Source: Mizuhopecten yessoensis (Eukaryota). Taken from it: a DNA stretch of 64,000 bases. Positions 40,201-50,200 of the stretch are shown here, piece by piece. A program made the translations under genes and the position numbers. The notes under the pieces are model-generated. The model was not told the origin of the DNA. It saw nothing but the letters and a program-made list of their open reading frames with translations, and did not search any database. How positions within the stretch are numbered: the stretch's first letter is position 1; each line of letters opens with the position of its first letter. The stretch spans positions 280,297-344,296 of the forward strand of contig NW_018405514.1 in the NCBI RefSeq assembly GCF_002113885.1. The letters are read 5' to 3'.

Positions 40201-43043
40201 CTGTATATAGTGNNNNNNNNNNNNNNNNNNNNNNNNNNNNNNNNNNNNNNNNNNNNNNNNNNNNNNNNNNNNNNNNNNNNNNNNNNNNNNNNNNNNNNNN
40301 NNNNNNNNNNNNNNNNNNNNNNNNNNNNNNNNNNNNNNNNNNNNNNNNNNNNNNNNNNNNNNNNNNNNNNNNNNNNNNNNNNNNNNNNNNNNNNNNNNNN
40401 NNNNNNNNNNNNNNNNNNNNNNNNNNNNNNNNNNNNNNNNNNNNNNNNNNNNNNNNNNNNNNNNNNNNNNNNNNNNNNNNNNNNNNNNNNNNNNNNNNNN
40501 NNNNNNNNNNNNNNNNNNNNNNNNNNNNNNNNNNNNNNNNNNNNNNNNNNNNNNNNNNNNNNNNNNNNNNNNNNNNNNNNNNNNNNNNNNNNNNNNNNNN
40601 NNNNNNNNNNNNNNNNNNNNNNNNNGAGCCATTAGTCTACCGTTATCAACCTAAGCACTATATGGCATATATACGTTACCGTTTCAAACATCAAAATAGA
40701 GTTTATACTTCATCACTCATACGGTTTATAAGTTTATATATTTACTTCTTCCTTCTACAGACAGCGTCAATGCTTGACAGTCTTCACATGTGCTTTCTCG
40801 AATCATATGTGTTTCACACGCGTAACACTCCCCAGACCGCAATCCGAGTTGCTAAAACGCGCAAACCTAGTGCACGAATTTCACCACCACAACACTCGTA
40901 GAATGCACCGGAGATAAACATTTTGTTTTCAGCAATTACTTAAAGTATGGATTATTATTTGGATAAGAGTATCAGAAGACTTTATGTAACCCACAGGTGA
41001 GTGTCAGAGATTCTACTTTCTATTTACGATAACGAAACTATATAGCGGAAGCATGCAATACTGAATTATGCGCACGCACCCCGAACGGAAGTGGGTCCAT
41101 CATTTCGTTCTCTGGACAGAATTAATAAGCCGCTCGGCTCTCGCCAAGAGCGGCTTAAAAATAAACAAAAGGCCATAACTCTGTGTATAGTGAAGACCAA
41201 GACCTAATTCCAGTGCACTGCGCACATTCTGTGGGTGATGCAGGTATATTCTAGTTTAATCAAGATATCTTAAATGGTTTTAAATGTATGGGCCGGACAA
41301 GAATTTACTGAAAATGTTGCACTTATTTGACCTTGAAATGAAGGTCACAATGACCTAATTCCAGTGCACTGCACACTTTCTGTGGGTGATGCATGCATAA
41401 CTTAAGTTTCATCAAGATATCTTTAACGGTTTAAAAGTTATGGCCCAGACAAGTTGCGATAAGAAGAACCAAAAGAAGAAGAAGAACCAGTACTAATACA
41501 ATATGTCTCCCTTCATTTGAAGTGGAGATATAATGATACCTCAACCTAGTAAGATACATGCCAAATTGCAATCCTTTTGGTTGCATGATTCATAAAAGGA
41601 GGTCGTTTGAAGATTTTAACACATTTTACATTTTGAAAGTAAGTTAAGGTCATTTATTATTTCTGACAGATCTTCAAACCAGCAAAATACTAGAGCAGGG
41701 ATTTAAATAAAATCTTACAGAAGACTTCTGTTGTACTTCATCTTTGATGATCAGAAGGTATAATCTTTAAGTTTTCCTTTGTCACATACCAGTTACAATT
41801 ACTTACATATAATTTCATAACTCTCTGAAAAGTCTCCTTCAATTTTTTCCTCTTGTCTTTCAATACTTTCTCATTTAGCTTTGGTGCCTCCATTGGGTTG
41901 TACTCTGGAAAACCAAAAGATTAAAATCCTTGATCAAACAATTCAAATTGTACATATATTTATATCAAAACATTTTGCAAAAATAAGGTTTGATTAGTTT
42001 AATCATGTCTTTATACATAATGTACTAGTTTAATCATGTCTTTATACATAATGTACTTACCAGGTATTCACATATAACGTCCCAAAAATACTTTTAAATT
42101 TAAATTTTTCAAATAACCTTTTCCTGGCTTATGTCTAAACTTTATTTTATTTTTACACATAGTGACCCATATATTTAGAACCCAATCAACACCTTTGTTA
42201 AGTTCTTTTAACAAGTTTTGATAAAAAAGATTTGACAAGAGAATGATGATTAATAATAGATATGATCAACTAAACTTACCCATCTTATCAATCATTTCCA
42301 TTTCTTGTAGTAGTTTTAGTGGATCTTTGCCTTTCAAAACAGCTTGTCTCACCATCATACGCTGCTTCTTGTTCTAATAAAATATTAAATACATGTTAAT
42401 TCATAAAAAAAATCATCAAAGGTAATAAGGGAGGCAACTGCATCTGAGAAAGGATTAAACCTATTTCTTACATTGTTTTAGTTTTTAGAGTGATGACAAA
42501 ATGCATGAGAACTCCATACAATGCAGGCAAAATATAATGGCTCTGCTCTCCACAAACAATTTAATCAATAGTTACTAAAAAGACCTACAGACACAAACAA
42601 ATGATATATTTTAAAGGTCTTCAACTGCATCAATAACAGTCCAAACCTGTACATATTGAGATTGAAATCCCAAGTTCTTAGGTAACAGGTATGAAATAAT
42701 ATTAACTTTATACCTATAGCTACCCCTCATTCAGCAATCTTTTTATAACTTCAATTTTCATGTAGTATATCATTTTGTCTTTACTCTGACTTTCATTTCA
42801 TCTTTTCATTTAAACAAAGAAAAGAAAAATGACTTATTCTGTGTTTTAACAAAAGAAAAACTTATCATGTTTTAATATTTTATCTTTTTCAAAGCTTTTC
42901 ATTCCTGAAGTAAAACAGAAAGATCACCCGATAAAACCTTTCTTATCAAGATAACTTATTCCGATATTTTAAATCACTGAGTCAGCATGCTGCTGCTGCT
43001 GTGGTAGTTACCTTCTTCAGCTCTTTCTTCCTTGCCTCCTTTC
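31241..43043 (-). CDS. WBP11: WW domain-binding protein 11 (splicing factor, PP1/PQBP1-binding), multi-exon, 5' coding end not visible
   Basis: GT-AG exons with consistent phases: 43012-43043 ([10 protein letters not shown]), 42280-42373 ([18 protein letters not shown]), 41807-41904 ([25 protein letters not shown]), 37408-37495 (EKENPD), 37079-37150 ([18 protein letters not shown]), 35999-36095 (ILKKSSAYG), 35330-35451 ([12 protein letters not shown]), 34668-34775, 33544-33929 (KIRF RVxF-type motif, [15 protein letters not shown] tract), 33047-33224, 32599-32787, 31786-32073 ([22 protein letters not shown]), 31241-31371 ([17 protein letters not shown]). These match WBP11 motifs as I recall them. 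Confidence 0.95.
34312..34463. repeat. ~150-bp palindrome in a WBP11 intron
   Basis: GCAAGACCACACACTT..TAACGAATCAGAAAGCA..TTTATTGCGCGGATGAATAT is mirrored by ATATACATCCACGCAATAAA..TGCTTTTTGATTCGTTA..AAGTGTGTGGTCTTGC. Confidence 0.85.
35842..35924. mobile_element. 83-bp piggyBac-like MITE, copy 1
   Basis: TTAA|CCCTTTCA...TGAAAGGG|TTAA; an inverted second copy lies at 38323-38405. Confidence 0.8.
36241..37109 (-). repeat. 40-bp tandem array (~21 intronic copies) built from a WBP11 exon end plus its 5' splice site
   Basis: On the minus strand the unit is CCTTTACCAGACMTACCACAAYACAGTACAA|GTAAGTAAM; the first copy is the coding end of exon 37079-37150. Confidence 0.95.
37647..37888 (+). mobile_element. 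5'-truncated CR1-clade LINE 3' end
   Basis: Encodes [30 protein letters not shown] (CR1 ORF2 C-terminal motif), followed by a short 3' UTR with a repeated ACGGTGAGTTA tail. Confidence 0.8.
38323..38405. mobile_element. 83-bp piggyBac-like MITE, copy 2
   Basis: TTAA|CCCTTTCACC...GGTGAAAGGG|TTAG; reverse-complement homologue of 35842-35924. Confidence 0.8.
38406..39274 (+). mobile_element. Internally deleted hAT (Ac/ZBED1-like) transposon with a BED-finger pseudogene remnant
   Basis: 38643-38928 encodes RSPVWGYF, then after a frameshift [33 protein letters not shown]. Right TIR GTATCGTTTCAGCCCTA; degraded left TIR TAGGTGAAACGACAC; 8-bp TSD AAGATTAT (38312-38319) / AAGAATAT (39275-39282). Confidence 0.85.
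40213..40625. other. Assembly gap (N run)
   Basis: Run of N. Additional single-N gaps at 44693 and 46828. Confidence 1.
40626..41160 (-). mobile_element. Nested HINE-like insertion (other end hidden in the gap)
   Basis: Terminal hairpin AAGCCGCTC..GAGCGGCTT-AAAA at ~41126-41160, after which the host tandem unit resumes (ATAAACAAAAGGCCATAACTC). Confidence 0.55.
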
Positions 43044-43502
43044 CTGGAGAATAAAAACAAAATAAAGATATTGATAAAACAAAATGGACTTACAATTATG
43101 GCAAAACACAAAATTATGACATGCACTAGTATGTCACATATTCTGTTATAAAATGAAGATATGAACTACAACTGTTCCTTACTTAAAAGAATTACCAGTC
43201 TGCAAGTCTGATCATAGTAATCACACAAGCAAGAATTGAAATTGCACAGTGATGACTTTCTTTAGAAGAATCTTTGCTCACTTTGCAGAACATTCCAATT
43301 CCCATACTGAATGAGTCTATACTATAGTGTAATAAGGAAGATAGATACAACTGTTAAAATCTAACAACTGAAACACTGAATTCTTTGATGAGCATTAAGT
43401 TAAGATTTATACCAAAATTGTACAATCTGTTTTAAAATAATTCTATGTAGTCATGCTACCCATTCTCTACATATGAAATTTCAGATTTTGAACTTTTTAT
43501 GA

Positions 43503-43842
43503 TTGGTTTGGTCTGGTTTAATTTTGTTTAACATCCTATTACTAATAACAGCTAAGGTCATTTAAGGACATGCCTCCATGTGTTTAGTGTATGTGTGCTT
43601 GCGTATGTGTATGCAGGAGACAGGGTATGTTGGTGTGCTTGCAATTGTCTCCTTGTGATAGCGCTGATCTAATGCCGACTTTATAGTGCTAATTCACTGA
43701 AATGCCATACCGAAGGTACCCAGCACAGCATTCCGCCCGGTCACATCATACTGACAACGGGTGAACCAGTTGTTGCCATTCCCCTCAATGCTTTACGTTA
43801 AAGCAGGGAATAACAACTACCATTTTTGAGGACTTCAGTGTC
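43503..43842 (-). mobile_element. SINE, same family as 22281-22632, truncated at the head
   Basis: Shares GTTTAACATCCTAT..ACAGCTA.GGTCATTTAAGGAC, GACTTTATAGTGCTA, CATACTGACAACGGG.GAACCAGT and ACTACCATTTTT with that copy. Confidence 0.75.
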
Positions 43843-44694
43843 AAGTTTTTGAGTTGGTTGACCTCTTAGTTCTGTATAAGCAAATTTCACTTTACCAATA
43901 ATGACCATGAAAGACTTGGAAAAACTGATAAAATTCCTATCTGCACGCTAATAATATTTTCAGCAAATTAAAGATAAACTTGACCTTTGGTGACACATAC
44001 GTATCTTTTTCTGTTTTAATGTCTCACTAATGTCCCTTTTATTCAGAGATAGAATCAGACTTGCTACTTTACTTGTCATTCTAGACATGTAAATGCATTG
44101 AGGGGACTAGGCCGGGGGATTGTTGCTGATCCCAATTTTGCCCTGTTGCCTTTTTCCTCTCCTGTTTTAGTGGTGCATGTGACCAACCCTTGATTCAAGT
44201 AATGTGTATGCACTAGTATACTGGAAAGGGAATACCATAGCCCTAGCTGTAAATACAAAATCTAGTTGTCATCAGAACAAAGAATTACCAAAGGAGGAAA
44301 GTATGTGACGGTACAAGACTGGGTGACTACTGGAGGCCAGTTAACAAACTCAGTTCGGTTAAAGCGTTCATTGAGAGTTCGGAGGTATTGGTCAGGTACT
44401 GGATCACCAGCAAATCTGGCTATAAAGTCAAATATGACCATACATGTACAGAACGAATGTAAACAAATAAGTCAATTATGGTCGCAATTTCTTCAAGCAC
44501 ATTGAAAATTAGGTGGACAAACAGGTGAGTCAGTAAAACGAAAGATTTTTATCTAAAAACTAAAATTCCGGTGACTTTGTTGATTATCATCGTTGCAGTT
44601 TTTGGTAATAGTATATTTTATCCTCTGTATCTGATGGTTAGAACAACGAATATTAAAGATTTCTGTACCAAAACACCAAAAAAATAATTCCCNT

Positions 44695-45761
44695 CATACC
44701 TGCCAACCCTGGACATACTGAAAGAGGGTTATGACCCTCTTTTGAAAATTAAAAAGAGGGTCATAGTGCGCGACGGCTTTTTTCGCAACAAATATAAGAA
44801 AAATAGATATTAAATTATAACTTAAATATTTTAATGATGTAAAAGTTACATTCTACATTCATTGAACTGTTCTTCCAGCAGATCTAGCTGATCCTCATCC
44901 ACAATACCAAATTCAAAGCTGAAAAATAAAAAGATTTGTCAACAACACAACTTATAAAATTAATTCATAATAATATATATGATACTGTGTTTTCACAGGC
45001 ATTTTTTATGTCAATTGAAATGGTCCCGACAATAAGATGTCACATTCTGCTCATATAAAATACCATTTTGTTTCTGTCAATGAAAATGGTCCTGACAACA
45101 AGAAGTTGCACCCTTCTCATATAAAATATCAGTTTTATACGAGTAGGGTTTGAACTCTTATTGTAAGGATCATTTTGATTGACAGAAACAAATCATCAAA
45201 TGCCTGAGCGTGTTTTTGACTAGAGTGCAGAATGCAGCGTTTGGTCCACGACCACGGGACTTTGTACACTATAACTCATTCTCCTACGACATTTGATATG
45301 TGTACAATTATCTTTTCTTTTAGCAATTCGTGTAGTAGAACCTGCAAGTCCCGATAAAAACTTCTTCCTTCAAGAAGACATAACGTTACCTTCAAAATAC
45401 ATTCTATTCTACGTAAATACAACTCAATTATTCGTTAAAAACCTGACTAATAACTTGTCAGCAAGTTCAGTAACAACGTTCTTTATATAAACATTTGTAA
45501 AAACAGTTCTAGTACGTATATAAACAACTCACAACTTACCTGTTGGTGAGAAACGGAAACAGGAAATATATCGTCTTTCTTGTGAAGAAGGATGGAAAAG
45601 TCTAGAGAATTCCGAGTGACTTCGGTAACTTCTAATATACGAAAAGATTCCGGGTGAAAACGGGTGAAATTGACGAAATCCGGGTCAAAATCGTAACCCG
45701 GCGGGTGAAGTTATAAAATCCCGGGTGTAACCCGACGAAATCGGGTCACTTGGCAGGTATG
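44695..45761. mobile_element. Non-autonomous TIR DNA transposon, hAT-like, in the first intron of WBP11
   Basis: Perfect 12-bp TIRs CATACCTGCCAA (44695-44706) and TTGGCAGGTATG (45750-45761); subterminal CGGGTGAA repeats; left TSD obscured by the N at 44693. Confidence 0.75.
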
Positions 45762-45820
45762 CTCATATTAGTATAATGTTATCAAAATATTGCATAATTG
45801 TTGAAAAAACGAATCCTTAC

Positions 45821-46129
45821 CCATGCAAAAACTCTTTTACGAAATTAAACAAAGTCCGTCTTGGGGGAAAAAAATAGAAACGACCGCCATGACAGATCAC
45901 GCGTGATGTTATCTCAATTATCCTTTCTATATATGGCCTGCATGGCCAAATATAGTATTACTACTGATGCTGCCATGTTTACTACAATATTCATATTGGG
46001 TCATGACACCCATATTTGGACGTCTGACCTATATCGGAAGAGAGACGAACTTTCCAACATGGCGGTCAATTCAGATTTCGATTACGCTTGCTACGTTAAC
46101 TTGATAATTTAACGACATTTTAGGCAGAG
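45821..46129. promoter_or_regulatory. Bidirectional promoter with putative first exons of WBP11 (minus) and EXOC7 (plus)
   Basis: Divergent genes. Minus-strand donor TGG|GTAAGG at 45820; plus-strand donor GAG|GTAAAC at 46130. Mirror-image YY1-type motifs GACCGCCATG (45882-45891) and CATGGCGGTC (46058-46067). Palindrome ATCACGCGTGAT (45896-45907) and ETS-like CGGAAG (46035-46040). Confidence 0.65.
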
Positions 46130-47225
46130 GTAAACTTCAAGTTGTGCAGGATATCAACAGAAATAGTTCATACTACAACCCTATTTATGGATGCAGACCA
46201 ATGTGCTGTCAATTAATTCTAAAATCTCCCCGGTGTGATTCACACTGGGCTTGCTCCATTACAAGGCATGGGATCGATTTAATACCCAGCGGGGCAGAGG
46301 AGGCCGGGTATTAATATTAGTACTAATTAAACTGTAGCGTAAAATATGTCCACTGTTAATGTGTTATTATGATCTTTAATGGAAAGATTGGATAAAAAAC
46401 TCAGGGTATTGCTGAAATTAATAAATATTCAATTATACAGAGGTCTTGACAGTAAACATTATTGTTTGTCACTTGGTTAAATCTGTGGTATAAAACAGAC
46501 ACCTCTTGTGGCAGTCCTCTCCAGATCTCTGACAGACAGGGTGGTGGTATCAGCACAGGAATTGTACTGGTTCCAAAGCTGAGCATGGAACAGTGAGTTA
46601 TCCATACTTGAAGGTGCGAGTTAGCAGGCCAACCCCAGCCCATGTAAAACAACACATACTAGTATCATTTATACAGCAAAATGTAGCTGTTAAATAGTGA
46701 TGCTGAGGTATCTTTATAAAATTACAACGCACTAAACATGCATGTCATTCGATTTCTTGGCTCATGGAGCGATTGTTATCAATGTTCCCGGCAGTGTTTG
46801 TCATAATCTCTAATTACATATATAGAANCCCCCCCCAAAAAAAATAGCCTCTAAGATGACCAAGCACTGACTTGTAGCAGCAGCTGATCTAAGTAAAAAT
46901 GTATCAGCTGCACGAACAGCCCTAGTCCAAATTATGGTTACCGTCAATGAAAGTACAAAATTTACCAAGTTCCTGTTTGTTAATGGTAAACCACAAAATA
47001 CAATACATGATGAATATACATGAGAAGTATTCTTACATGATTTCAAAAGTACATTTGACAGTTTCATATATGACCATATAGATATCCCATTTACTCTTAT
47101 TTAATTAACCAATCAGTGCTGTAATTGACAAATGGAAAAACAAAACTGTTTGGGAAAAATAGAAATTCAGGTTTCATGATAAAATTAATGCGTTCTTTGG
47201 TTGTAATCTTTAATTAACTACCAAG

Positions 47226-50200
47226 ATATTGAAAGAACCACAATGACTTTGGAGACTGTACTTGGATACTACCATGTGAGCAGAGAAGTTGAAGTTCAGA
47301 TCAAAGAAGGGTAAGATGATGTGTGAAATATAAAACCCTGTATATCCAATCTTTATGTGGTTCTAAAGAAATCAACTTTATTCATTTTACAATAATACCG
47401 GGTAATGGAACAAATAATAATCTTTTTTTTTATTTGAATGTGTCATAAGTTAGCCATCACGATTCTAGTATAGCAACATTCCTATGTTATAGGAAATTTT
47501 GCTATAGACAAAGTTTGTTCTTCCTGAGACAATTCTAGGGATACAAATATGGCTATAAATATAAACAAGAAGTTATGTATCTTTGTACTGTTTACTGTAT
47601 ATATACATTGTTACATGCACTTTTGTTTCTTTACCAGGCCGCACTCCTGTGGTCTCCAAGGTTACCTCTTACAGATGGACAGGCTGCTTCAAGCTCACAA
47701 TTACTTCCAGAAACACAACCCCACCAGTCTAGAACTTGTTGATGTTGTAAGTTTAGCTTTCCATCCATAAGTCTATAGCAATGTACATCTTGTATAATCT
47801 GTACATGTTGCAACTGGGCAGTTATTCAACAAGAAATCAAAGAAAAATATAAAGTTAAGATTGGAGGTTAATCTGAATGTGTTATACATTTGCCTGACAT
47901 TTATGTTCAAAATGGTAATGGTAATAAAATGTGATCTTTGGAACACAATACCTTGAGTGAACAATTGAAAAAATGCAAGAATATTGAACAAACTTCAAAT
48001 TGACCTACTTGGTGTGGTAAACTTGACCAATACATGGAAATGAAGTATAAATATTCAAAAATGGAAACTATTGAATGGTTGAAACATAACAAGCGTAATA
48101 AGTTCTTCAAACACCAGAAGGCAACATCAACATAGTTATTATAGGTAGATTCAGCAAATCACCATGATGGTAAAAGAAAATGTAGTCTACATACCATATC
48201 TGTATCCAATAAGGTAAAAAGCTTACATGATAATTTGTCTCATTTATAGAATTTTTACCATCATGGATACACAGATTTTTTGCTAAAACTGTTCAAACTC
48301 CATATTGAATATGCAACCCAAGTGTGGTCACCAGTATTAACAATCAAAGATGTTGAATAGATGAGCCACCAAAAAAGTAGCACATCTTAAAGACCTGTGT
48401 TATCGGGAAAGGCTGAAATCCTCATGCCTATTAATTCTAGTATATATGAATCTAATCATTGGCATGATAAAAAGCTATAAACAAATCTTCATTGCATAGA
48501 TGAGGTATAAACAGATCTACTTTTTGAGCGAATTGTACAGGAGATGACAGTAGAACATATATACACTGGTTCATTCTTAGCAGAGTGAAAGTCAGAGTTT
48601 GCTGAAACAGGCACTGGCATACCTTACATTTCACTTGTAACTATTACAAGTTATGATGCACCTCCTGAAGACATCATAGTTGATAGACCTATATAAGCAT
48701 GATGCTACCCTATGATGATACACAGGGATGAACAATCATGATTTAGACTTGAAATACATGTTATTGCAAAATGAATATGAGTCAGTTTTATGTCAATTTT
48801 TCAGATTCGTGTTTTTGACGAAGGAAAGGATGCCTTGCAGGTGGAGTTTCGCACATTATTGGGGCGTCATGGCCGACCTGTCCCGGCCATTACTATCCTC
48901 AATCACATCAGTTCATATGAGGGTAGGTTTTATGATATTTAGAAAATGTATTAATTCTACCAACAGAAATGAGATGGCTTCATTTTGGTGTTATCATGTG
49001 CACACATGTGTTTCAATCTTTCACATCATTATCTAATTCACCTCCCTAAGCTACGGTGTATACATTTTAATTGACAAATATGTGTTTAAATATTGCTGAC
49101 TGATGTAGATATGATCCAACTCTAAATTAAACGGAATGTTAACATACCAGTGAAGAAAAACTAAACAACACAGCCTACCTACGTTAAAGGACATTGATGT
49201 CTTCCACACATAGGGATGTTTTTGGTGGAGTTGAAGGATTAAAATTCTCGGCGTTAGGTTAAAATAATAATAACATAGAAGGAGAGCAGGTACTAATTAC
49301 AAACACTTTCTTAAACAACATGGAAACAGTTTTGTCAGAAATCAGGTTTAGTGTAGTTCACATGTAATTTTTGTAAATACTTATTTTTATACGCCCGTCA
49401 AATTTGACGGAAGTATTATGGTATGGGGTTGTCCGGCTGTCCGGCGTAAACTTTTGTTTGTCCGGCAATCTCCTCCTACATTTTTCGACCGATCTCTTTG
49501 AAACTTGGTATACATTATAATCATGATATGAAGTTGTATCTCCCTTAAAAGAATTTTGATTCAACAGTTTTACCAAAAGTTATTGCCCTTTGTTCATTTC
49601 AGTATTGGATTTTTTTGTCCAGAGATCTTCTTCTACATTTTTTGACGGATTTCTTTGAAACTTATTAGGCTAAATAATCATGATATGTTGTTGTGTTTCC
49701 CCGAAAAGAATTTTGAATCAACAATTTTTGCAAAAGTAATTGCCCTTTGTTTATTTCAGTATTTGATTTTTGTCCGGCAATCTCCTCCTACATTTTTCAA
49801 CAGATCTCTTTGAAACTTGGTATACATTATAATCATGATATGAAGTTTCGTCTCCCTTAAAAGTTCTTCACCTTTGTTCATTTCAGTATTGGATTTTTTG
49901 TCCAGAGATTTTCTCCTTCATTTTTTATAGCTTGTCAGCTAACCACTCTTAGAATGATGCAGATCTTATTTCAATGTAAGAAAGTATATAACACTATATG
50001 GCATTCGACGGGCGTATATTGTTCTGCCCCGCGGTACTCTTGTTTCAATTGTGTTTCCAACAATTTTTTCACAAAGGTGAGAAGTCACAAAAGGAACAAC
50101 AGTCATTTCATGTCCCTTGTTAAAATGTGAATAAATGTTTGCTAGATATTTGATTTTTATAATTGAATATTGAACGTGTTACTAATTTTACTGAACATTA

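Larger units (their letters stand above)
39641..41534 (-). mobile_element. HINE-like element with ~122-bp internal tandem repeats, spanning an N gap and a nested insertion
   Basis: Both termini share ATATGTCTCCC (39671-39681 and 41501-41511); terminal hairpins, an (AAG)n microsatellite, and the repeated unit ..AAACAAAGGGMCATAACTCTGTATATAGTG.. Confidence 0.7.

Noticed and set aside
40144-40635. ORFs containing X runs (also 60600-61542)
   Set aside because: Artefacts of N gaps.
44266-44505. ORF containing TKGGKY, resembling the WBP11 N-terminal TKSGK(F/Y)
   Set aside because: Wrong strand and no following MNPTDQ; coincidental.
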